The notes under the pieces are model-generated. The model did no database searches and had not been told where the DNA came from. It saw only the letters and a list, made by a program, of their open reading frames with translations. A stretch of 23,946 nt of DNA, from assembly GCA_038046645.1 (NCBI GenBank), contig JBBSVU010000008.1:1-23946 (forward strand), in the 5' to 3' direction. Source of the stretch: an archaeon. Lineage in GTDB: Archaea > Iainarchaeota > Iainarchaeia > Iainarchaeales > 0-14-0-20-34-12. A program made the translations under genes and the position numbers. Every line of letters begins with the position of its first letter. Position 1 is the stretch's first letter. Positions 7,110 through 14,581 of this stretch are shown here, piece after piece.

Positions 7110-8819
7110 TTGAGCGAGAAAACTATTCTCGAACGGATTATTGAAACTAGTTCTGGCGAATTTTACACGCCGATTCCTCAAGGGTATAAGCCAGGAAAAA
7201 CAAAATATGTTGTAGTAACTGGTTCGGTAATAAGCGGGATTGGAAAGGGAATGTTAACCTCTTCACTTTGCAAATTATTGGCCGATAGAGGCATGAATGT
7301 TGAACCAATAAAGCTTGAAGCTTATTTGAATGTTGATTCGGGAACATTAAACCCCTACAGGCATGGGGAAGTCTTTGTTTTGGATGATGGCACAGAAACA
7401 GACATGGATTTGGGATCATATGAAAGATTCCTGAATAAAAATTTGGGAAAGGATAATTTTGTTACGTCTGGAAGAATTTACCAAGAGATAATCAATAAGG
7501 AAAGAAGAGGCGATTATTTAGGCAGGGATGTCCAGTTTGTTCCGCATGTTACTGGCGAAATAAAAGAGGTTTTAAGGAAATTGGCTGTGGATAAAAAGCC
7601 AGATGTAATACTTATTGAAATTGGGGGAACTGTTGGAGACTATGAAAACATGTTTGCCTTGGAAGCAATCAGGGAATTGATATATGAAGAGGGAAGGGAG
7701 AATGTCTGCTTTATTAATGTAACTTATATTATTGAGCCAAGCTCTTTGGGCGAGCCAAAAAGCAAAGCTGCCCAATTAGGGATAAGATTGGTAATGGAGA
7801 TGGGAATACAGCCTAACTTGATTATCTGCAGGTCTGAAAATAAGATACCTGAAAAAATAAAGGAGAAAATTAGCTTAAGCTCCAATATCCCTGTTGACTA
7901 TGTAATCGGTGCAGAGAATATTTCTGAGATTTATGAATTGCCCTTATTTTTAAGGGAAAGGAATGTTGATGAATTAATCCTTAATGTTTTAAAGCTAGAT
8001 AACAAATTCAAAAAAAATGGAAATGAAAAATTAAAGGAATGGACAGCTAAAAACAAAATAAATGCAAACGCGAAAGAGATTACTATAGGAATAGCTGGAA
8101 AATATACTGGATTAAAGGATTCTTACATAAGCATCCTGAAATCATTAGAGCATTGCCAAGGGCCATTAAATACAAAAGTAAAGGTTGAATGGATTGAAAC
8201 AACAAAATTAGAGGAAAATAACAGTGAAGAATTCGCAAAACTCAAAAGGCTTGACGGAATTATTGTGCCTGGCGGATTTGGGAAAAGAGGGATTGAAGGA
8301 AAAATAGCCTGCGCAAAATATTGCCGTGAGAATAATGTGCCTTATTTGGGTTTATGTTTGGGATTCCAGGTTGCATTAATTGAAAATGCAAGGAATGTTT
8401 TGGGGTTGAAAGATGCAAACAGCACGGAATTTGACCCAAGCACAAAAAACCCTGTGATTGATCCATTGCCTGAACAGAAAAAAATTGAAGGATTAGGCGG
8501 GAATATGAGATTAGGCGGCTATGATGTTGAACTTAAAAAAAATACAATTGCCTGTGAAATACACGGAAAAAAGAATATAATAAGGAGAAGATTCAGGCAC
8601 AGGTATGAATGCAATCCAATTTATATTGAAAGATTTGAGAAAAATGGAATAGTATTTTCAGGGAAAGCGCCAAACAGGCCGATCATGCAAATTTTGGAAA
8701 TGCCAAAACACAAATACTTTATGGCCTCGCAGTTCCATCCTGAATTTACATCAAGGCCTTTATTGCCTGATGAAATGTTTTTGAATTTTGTTAAAGCCTG
8801 CGCAAAAAAAATAAATTAG
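7110..8819 (+). CDS. pyrG: CTP synthase (divergent, N-terminally extended)
   Basis: VVTGSVISGIGKG, YLNVDSGT, HGEVFVLDDGTETDMDLGSYERF, EIGGTVGDYE, VPGGFG, GLCLGFQ (catalytic Cys), RHRYE, QFHPEF. Confidence 0.97.
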   Translation: MSEKTILERIIETSSGEFYTPIPQGYKPGKTKYVVVTGSVISGIGKGMLTSSLCKLLADRGMNVEPIKLEAYLNVDSGTLNPYRHGEVFVLDDGTETDMDLGSYERFLNKNLGKDNFVTSGRIYQEIINKERRGDYLGRDVQFVPHVTGEIKEVLRKLAVDKKPDVILIEIGGTVGDYENMFALEAIRELIYEEGRENVCFINVTYIIEPSSLGEPKSKAAQLGIRLVMEMGIQPNLIICRSENKIPEKIKEKISLSSNIPVDYVIGAENISEIYELPLFLRERNVDELILNVLKLDNKFKKNGNEKLKEWTAKNKINANAKEITIGIAGKYTGLKDSYISILKSLEHCQGPLNTKVKVEWIETTKLEENNSEEFAKLKRLDGIIVPGGFGKRGIEGKIACAKYCRENNVPYLGLCLGFQVALIENARNVLGLKDANSTEFDPSTKNPVIDPLPEQKKIEGLGGNMRLGGYDVELKKNTIACEIHGKKNIIRRRFRHRYECNPIYIERFEKNGIVFSGKAPNRPIMQILEMPKHKYFMASQFHPEFTSRPLLPDEMFLNFVKACAKKIN

Positions 8820-8881
8820 GGAAAAAATAGGAATAAAAAAATAAAATTGAAAAAAATAAATTAAGAATTATGAAGCTAGGT

Positions 8882-10801
8882 TTAAACTTTTTTCGCATTT
8901 ACAAAGCAATTCTTTGAACAGGCAATCCAAGCCATATCATCCTCAATCAATCCATCAGCCCCAATTAATCCTTTGCATGATTTTTTTATGCAATCCCAAT
9001 AGGCCAATTTTTGCTTATTTGTCAATTTATCAAAATCGGTAAGCTCTGATTCATCCTTGCATTTTCCAAGGGAACAGCCGTATTCACAATCCTCAACCAA
9101 CTCTGGTTTTGAGGCTAAAGTGCAATAAGACATCTGCACTAAATCATAAGGGGGAGTAGAATCCCAAAGACCTAAATTGTTGCAAACATATCCTTGGTAT
9201 GGCTGGTAAACATCACCATCTATGCAGGCATTTCCGCCAAGTGGTTTAGCCTGGCCACAATCTGCATCTGTGGAACATTTCTTAATAGTGCAAAAAGTTT
9301 TCTTGCAATCATAGTATGAAGAACAGGGTTTTCCGTCATACCCCAAGAATTTTTCAGCAGAAGATACTGTGCAATAAGCATTCGCTTGGTTTGGGTTCCA
9401 GCATGTTGCTGTCTGGTATTTTTGCATAACTGAGGCATATTTGCAAAAGGTATTGCCAGTTAACCCTGTAACGCCGCAGTCTGAATTTTTTGAACAAGCA
9501 ATTGGCTTGCATTGCACTGTGTTAGGGTCGCAAACAGTATTGCCTGTGCAATCAGTAACTTTAATATCATCAATTTTAGAATTGCATTTGCCGGTTAATA
9601 TCCCTGAATTCTGGCAGGTGTAAGCAGCATATTTTTTGTATATATCTCCGTCCTTGCAAAAAACAGAACCTGTATATCCTTCTGTTCCGCAGTCTGAATT
9701 TTTAGAGCATGAAGGTTTAGAATTACAAACACCATTGCTGCATCCATAAGCACAAACATTTAATGAACTCCATGCGCAATTATTGCTTTGATATCCTTTT
9801 GTGGAAGAATCCTTGCATTTCCAGCCAGCAGTACAGCCAGAATTACAGGAATTATTTGCGCAGCCTAAGCCGTAGCAATTTTGCTGCAGGATATCTGAAA
9901 GTGCATTTGAACAATTCGCATTTAATGTTCCTGCATTATTGCAAACATAGGTTTTAAGTGTTTTATACAAATCACCGGTTTTACAGAAATTGCCATTTAC
10001 ATTTTCATCTTTGCCGCAGTCTGAGTTTTTGAAACATGCGATATTTTGGCAAGAACCATTTGAACATAATTGTGTTTGGGAACAATCCTGCACTACTTTC
10101 GGCTGGGTTGAAGAATTGCATTGCGCATTTAAGGTTCCTGGGTTTGAACAAGTTTTAGCAGTATACTGCTGGAAAACATCCCCATAAGTTCCGTCTTTGC
10201 AGGATTTTGAACCACTAAAACCGCTAACCCCGCAATCAGAATCTTTGAAGCAAGAAATGCCATAGCATTTGCCATTGTCACATAATTGGGTTTGTGTGCA
10301 TTCTTGCGTTAGATAATCCTTTGTTGTGCTGGAACAGGATGAATCTAAAGTTCCTGGGTTGTTGCATAAATATGTTTTATACTGCATAAATACATCAGCA
10401 TTGGAACAAAAAGCCGAGCCAAAATAGCCATCAAAACCACAATCTGAATTTTTAGAGCATACGATGGATTTGCACTGCCCTGCATCACATGTTTCGTTTA
10501 CTTTGCAGTTCTGCACTAATTCAGTATTTGAAGAATTTGTGCAATTTGCAAATATTGTCCCAGGGTTATTGCAAAAATAATTCTTGGTTTGATGATAAAC
10601 ATTTCCATTTGAACAATAAGGATTTCCAATAACATCTGTTCCGCAATCTGAATTTTTGAAGCATGCAACATTTTTGCATGTGCCATTGTCACATATTTCA
10701 TTCTGTGCACAATCTGAGTTTGTTGTGCATAATGAGAAAACTGTTGGGATAATAAGCAATAAAAAAACTGCCAAAAGCCATTTGTAAAACATTTTACCCA
10801 A
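8882..10801 (-). CDS. Secreted cysteine-rich repeat protein (about 7 repeats of ~68 aa)
   Basis: Signal FYKWLLAVFLLLIIPTVFS; repeated C-x-KNSDCG..G..FC..GDVY..Y..Y.C.NPG....C unit; GGAGGGG upstream of TTG 10801 (alternative ATG 10792). Confidence 0.88.
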   Translation of the reverse strand: MGKMFYKWLLAVFLLLIIPTVFSLCTTNSDCAQNEICDNGTCKNVACFKNSDCGTDVIGNPYCSNGNVYHQTKNYFCNNPGTIFANCTNSSNTELVQNCKVNETCDAGQCKSIVCSKNSDCGFDGYFGSAFCSNADVFMQYKTYLCNNPGTLDSSCSSTTKDYLTQECTQTQLCDNGKCYGISCFKDSDCGVSGFSGSKSCKDGTYGDVFQQYTAKTCSNPGTLNAQCNSSTQPKVVQDCSQTQLCSNGSCQNIACFKNSDCGKDENVNGNFCKTGDLYKTLKTYVCNNAGTLNANCSNALSDILQQNCYGLGCANNSCNSGCTAGWKCKDSSTKGYQSNNCAWSSLNVCAYGCSNGVCNSKPSCSKNSDCGTEGYTGSVFCKDGDIYKKYAAYTCQNSGILTGKCNSKIDDIKVTDCTGNTVCDPNTVQCKPIACSKNSDCGVTGLTGNTFCKYASVMQKYQTATCWNPNQANAYCTVSSAEKFLGYDGKPCSSYYDCKKTFCTIKKCSTDADCGQAKPLGGNACIDGDVYQPYQGYVCNNLGLWDSTPPYDLVQMSYCTLASKPELVEDCEYGCSLGKCKDESELTDFDKLTNKQKLAYWDCIKKSCKGLIGADGLIEDDMAWIACSKNCFVNAKKV

Positions 10802-10895
10802 GTAAATTCCCCTCCTACTAAAGATAAATAAATAGCATTAACTTTTTAAGTATAGGGGATTATCAAACAGCTTAGCAGGGCATAACCAAAGAAGA

Positions 10896-12059
10896 TTAAA
10901 CAAGCAAAGCTGCGGCATAAGGTAGTGCTATTATTGTTCCAATTGTTCCGCCAATATTTGCGTAAGCAGTTACCAAAAGTATGTGGGTAATCCGGTTTTT
11001 GTTTAAATCAGAATAAGAGGTAATATTCCTTAATGATTCAAAATCCTTTATCTGCGGAGCTTTAATTTTTGCTTCCATCAAACCTGAAAACCATCCTACT
11101 GCTAATGCTGGATGCAATGCAGTAAATGGCGCAGCAAGGAATGAAACTGCAATTGATTTCCAATGGGCTTTTGCAATCAATGCACCTAGCGCAGCAAGAA
11201 GGCCATGTGCTACAAACCACATCAGCAAAATATTCACAGTAACACTAAAGCCTTTTGCAAAAAAGGCATACAAAACAAGCAAAATAAAAAATGCGGGAAT
11301 GGAATATTTCAGGAATTTAACATAATCAGGGCTTTTTGGAATTTTTTCAAGCTTTGAAATATCTAAATTCACGGTGGATTGACCGGTAAGTATTCTTTTA
11401 ATTCCCTGCAAATGGCCTGCACCTAAAACACAAACAATCTTTTTCGTGTTTATATTTATGATTTTATTTGAGATATAATGGTCACGCTCATCAACAAGGA
11501 CTTCTTTCACTGAAGGCATCTGCTTGCTTAATTCATCTATTAACTGAGAAACTGTATCCTGCTTTTTCATTTCTTCAATCTTCTTTGCATCAATCTTTTC
11601 CCCTGCAAACCCAAACAGGCCACCAATAATAGCATAAAACAATTTGGCTTTTTCAAGCAAGGACATCTTTGACATTGCCCTTTTCAGGGTTATTTTCACA
11701 TTACGGTCAAGCAAGGCTATTGGAATTTTCAAGGAATTGGCGATAAGGATTGCTTCCTTCATTTCCGACCCTGGCTTAACCCCTATATCTTGGCCAAGCT
11801 TCTGCTGCATTGAAGCTAAAAGAATATTGAACAAAAGCAAATAAGTTTTGCCTTCCTTTATTGCTTGGACAACATCAAGGTTTTGCCATTGTTCTTGGTT
11901 CATCAATTGGTGCAAACGTTCATTATCCAACTCAACCCCGACAACATCCGGCTTTTCTAATTCTATTGTTTCTTTGACAAGCCTGACACTTTCCTCGCTG
12001 ATATGTGCTGTGCCTATGAGAATTATTTCCTTTCCTGGCAATGAAATCCTTTCTATCAT
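10896..12059 (-). CDS. TraB/PrgY-family (pheromone-shutdown-like) membrane protein
   Basis: IILIGTAHIS, PDVVGVELD, PGSEMKEA, LLDRNVKITL, LVDERDHY, VLGAGHLQGI, then several C-terminal TM helices. Start MIERIS at 12059 preferred. Confidence 0.9.
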   Translation of the reverse strand: MIERISLPGKEIILIGTAHISEESVRLVKETIELEKPDVVGVELDNERLHQLMNQEQWQNLDVVQAIKEGKTYLLLFNILLASMQQKLGQDIGVKPGSEMKEAILIANSLKIPIALLDRNVKITLKRAMSKMSLLEKAKLFYAIIGGLFGFAGEKIDAKKIEEMKKQDTVSQLIDELSKQMPSVKEVLVDERDHYISNKIININTKKIVCVLGAGHLQGIKRILTGQSTVNLDISKLEKIPKSPDYVKFLKYSIPAFFILLVLYAFFAKGFSVTVNILLMWFVAHGLLAALGALIAKAHWKSIAVSFLAAPFTALHPALAVGWFSGLMEAKIKAPQIKDFESLRNITSYSDLNKNRITHILLVTAYANIGGTIGTIIALPYAAALLV

Positions 12060-12093
12060 ATCATAACACTCGAAAATATCATAACACTCAAAA
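12058..12093. repeat. 18-bp tandem duplication
   Basis: atatcataacactcgaaa / atatcataacactcaaaa, 17/18 identical. Confidence 0.85.
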
Positions 12094-12097
12094 TAAA

Positions 12098-12787
12098 TCA
12101 AGGTTCTTTAAAAAAATCCTCTTTTTTCATCCATCCGGATTTTATGCATTTGGTGTAAAGATGGTATATTTTTGGGGAAAGCCTGCTTAAGGGGGAAATT
12201 CTATTCTTGGAAAATCTCTTGCGGAATTCTTCCAGTGAATTTGCATCATTTTCAACCAAGGCATTCCCGAATTCTGCGGGAAAATGCGCATCAGAACCAG
12301 CGGTTACTGCAAGCATATTTTCATCTGCAAATCTTTGAGCATTTTTATTCGGCCTGCCTGTGTAGCACCTTGAATTGAAACATTCAACAGCATGCACATG
12401 CTCTTTCAAAAAATCAAACCTGTCCTTGGAGCCAAACAATGGCGGCCTAAGCCAGTCAAATGGATGCGCTATTGAAATAATCGCATCCTGTGCTTTTAAT
12501 GAATCCAAAACAGATTCTGCCTCTCCTGCTTGCACCTCTTCCTGCAAAAAATATGCAAGCAGTTCACCAAGCATTGCGCCATTTTTATAAATTTTTATCT
12601 CCTCCCCAAATACCAGCGGAACATTATAATTCAAATTTTCTTTTTTGTATTCTTCCCAGCCTTTTGTTGAATTGTGGTCGGTAATTGCAAATCCAATCCC
12701 TTTTTTCTGGGCAATTTTTAAAAGCAATGACGGCTTGTTTGCAGAATCCCTTGAATAATATGAATGCACATGCAGGTCAAAAAGCAT
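12098..12787 (-). CDS. PHP-domain metal-dependent phosphoesterase
   Basis: DLHVHS, AITDHN, GEEI, IAHPFD, ECFNSR, GSDAH; ATG 12787 preceded by GTGAT. Confidence 0.92.
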   Translation of the reverse strand: MLFDLHVHSYYSRDSANKPSLLLKIAQKKGIGFAITDHNSTKGWEEYKKENLNYNVPLVFGEEIKIYKNGAMLGELLAYFLQEEVQAGEAESVLDSLKAQDAIISIAHPFDWLRPPLFGSKDRFDFLKEHVHAVECFNSRCYTGRPNKNAQRFADENMLAVTAGSDAHFPAEFGNALVENDANSLEEFRKRFSKNRISPLSRLSPKIYHLYTKCIKSGWMKKEDFFKEP

Positions 12788-12973
12788 AAAATCACTTAAT
12801 AATGGCAAAAATTCTCTTATAATTAGATGATTAATCTATATAAAAGTAATTATAATAGCGAATCTATTGGGATTATATCAAAAAACAATTTTATACGATT
12901 ATTTTTGTCCTATGGCATTAATCAAATAATTCCTAATTTGAATCATGTGATACCAATAAATTTTGGGTTTGAA

Positions 12974-13375
12974 TCAAGTAAGATCAACAATTCTGGAATC
13001 TTCATTTGATTCAAGGATTTCGTTTGGGGCTATTTCCAATGTTTGCTCTTCTGCTGTGGCAAAAAATAATAAATCATGCGATGCTGCTTTTTTATCAAGC
13101 AGCAGAATTACCCCATAAACTGAAATTGGGGGAAGATATTTCAAAGGATAGCCGGTAATTGAAGAACATTTTTCTTCAGTTGCTGCCAGATATTCTTCAG
13201 TTATAACTTTTTGCAATTTTTCCGGATTGATTTTATCATGCAATAATTTCACAACCAAAAAAGGCGGCCCTGTTCTTGGGAAATATAACTCACAAACAGC
13301 AGAATGCTCATTTGATTTATGAAAATGCAAAACCCTTGCTTTTAGCGAATTAACCTGAACAAAATCCTCAAACAT
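12974..13375 (-). CDS. Degenerate YbaK/ProX-like (aminoacyl-tRNA editing fold) protein
   Basis: PFLVV..DKINPEKL..LAATEEKCSSITGYP..LPPI..LLLDK..TLEIAPNEIL..IVDL follows the YbaK layout, but lacks the conserved Lys and the GGxxP glycines. Confidence 0.6.
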   Translation of the reverse strand: MFEDFVQVNSLKARVLHFHKSNEHSAVCELYFPRTGPPFLVVKLLHDKINPEKLQKVITEEYLAATEEKCSSITGYPLKYLPPISVYGVILLLDKKAASHDLLFFATAEEQTLEIAPNEILESNEDSRIVDLT

Positions 13376-13482
13376 AAATAAAAGAAATAAATTAAGATAT
13401 TAAAAGGTTTTGATACATAATTATTTTGAGACTATAAACAATGAAGAAGAGGGAATTAGGATAGCAACGGTTAGCAAGCATG

Positions 13483-13619
13483 TGACGCTCCATGGGCTGA
13501 AGCCCATGGCGTCTTTATATTAGTGGGCTTCAGGCGGAAGCCCAATACAGAAAAAAATGAAATGGGTGCGCTCCTCTCCAACCTGAAGGTTGGAGCTTCC
13601 GCGCACCCATGGAGCGTCA
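13483..13619. mobile_element. 137-bp GC-rich palindromic element, likely a non-autonomous IS200/IS605-related or REP-like miniature element
   Basis: Perfect 14-bp terminal IR tgacgctccatggg/cccatggagcgtca; internal hairpins ccatgggct-ga-agcccatgg, tgggcttc-aggcg-gaagccca and ctccaacct-ga-aggttggag, the last nested in atgggtgcgc/gcgcacccat. Confidence 0.7.
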
Positions 13620-13627
13620 GTGAAAAG

Positions 13628-13960
13628 TCAGTTCTTTATTATTTCACAGACCTTTTCAATTACCCTATTTGTTTTTTCTTTTTTAAGCGAGCCGATTTTA
13701 TAGTCAATTATTGAATTATCCGCGGTGAAAATCTTATTCGGCCGGATATTGCTGTCTTGGTCAAGAGTCCCTTCCTTAAATTCATTTCCAGTTAAATAAA
13801 TTGCATAAGAATCCCCTATTTTCTGGCTTGTTATCTGGCATAAGATTAAATCATCCCCTTTCAAGCTGGTTAAAACCAGTGCAGGCCTCTTTTTTGTTTG
13901 GGTTAAATCAGAGAATGGAAAAGGGATTACAACAATATCCCCTTTTACAAATTTTTCCAT
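13628..13960 (-). CDS. mazF: MazF/PemK-family toxin
   Basis: KGDIVVIPFPFSDLTQTKKRPALVL..ILCQITS..SNIRPNKIFT..KIGSL; ATG 13960 overlaps the antitoxin 3' end. Confidence 0.92.
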   Translation of the reverse strand: MEKFVKGDIVVIPFPFSDLTQTKKRPALVLTSLKGDDLILCQITSQKIGDSYAIYLTGNEFKEGTLDQDSNIRPNKIFTADNSIIDYKIGSLKKEKTNRVIEKVCEIIKN

Positions 13961-14208
13961 GCCAGATCCTCTTCTTTTGAGAGCCATCCTTTGGCCAAAG
14001 CTTTTTCCGAAGCAAGCAAAGGGAAAAAATGCCCCTTATCAATATCTTCTTTTTGAATAAGCGAATCAATTTTGCTTAGGGTAATCCTTCCTTTTTTTTC
14101 AACTAGGAGCAATTTGCTGCCGCTATTAATATTTAGGTCATCCCTTACCTTTTTGGGCAAAACAACCTGGCCTTTTTTACTGACACAAATAATATCCACC
14201 TGGCCCAT
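13945..14208 (-). CDS. AbrB/MazE/SpoVT-family antitoxin
   Basis: VSKKGQVVLPKKVRDDLNINSGSKL swapped-hairpin motif; tail ASEKALAKGWLSKEEDLAWKNL typical of PemK partners. Confidence 0.9.
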   Translation of the reverse strand: MGQVDIICVSKKGQVVLPKKVRDDLNINSGSKLLLVEKKGRITLSKIDSLIQKEDIDKGHFFPLLASEKALAKGWLSKEEDLAWKNL

Positions 14209-14230
14209 AAACTAATACTAAAACAAAGAG

Positions 14231-14262
14231 TTTATAAAAGTAAGCCCAAACTTACAAGTAAG
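14231..14262 (-). promoter_or_regulatory. TATA box and alternating-palindrome operator of the AbrB-MazF operon
   Basis: TTTTATAAA on the minus strand (14231-14239), 22 nt upstream of the ATG; abutting GTAAG-N6-CTTAC-N2-GTAAG (14240-14262). Confidence 0.55.
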
Positions 14263-14509
14263 CTTCACGCTCATTAGCTAGCAAGAGGGCATTTCAATCC
14301 CAGCCGCACTCTTCTTCAATTGTTGCCATGCCGCCGTATATGTAATATGCCAAAGAATTTTCTAAAATGCTGAAATGGGAGCGCAGCAAAACAAGGCAAA
14401 GGATTTTCAGGGCAAAGCTTGCAATCAAAAAAGGCGCAATAAATTTGTGGGACAGGATAAGGGGGAAGCCAAGAAGGCCGATTAAATAAAAACATGATAA
14501 ATAAACTAA

Positions 14510-14552
14510 TTATAAAAAAATAAAAATAGTGAAAGGGAAAATATCCCTTTCA
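14510..14552 (-). terminator. Hairpin plus T-tract terminator downstream of metK
   Basis: tgaaaggga (14530-14538) / tccctttca (14544-14552) followed on the minus strand by T-rich runs. Confidence 0.55.
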
Positions 14553-14581
14553 AAAATTAAGAAAATTATTTTCTGGTTTTT

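Noticed and set aside
9250..10730. CRISPR array or DGR suggested by recurring cagtctgaattttt-like repeats
   Set aside because: They are degenerate in-frame codons of the KNSDC protein repeat about 200 bp apart; no cas or reverse transcriptase gene is present.
10896..12059. Conjugation system implied by the TraB name
   Set aside because: This is the widespread TraB/PrgY membrane family; no T4SS or relaxase genes are nearby.
12827..13009. 60-aa plus-strand ORF
   Set aside because: Very AT-rich, no motif, and overlaps the convergent gene.
13523..13714. 63-aa plus-strand ORF
   Set aside because: Runs through the palindromic element and antisense to mazF.
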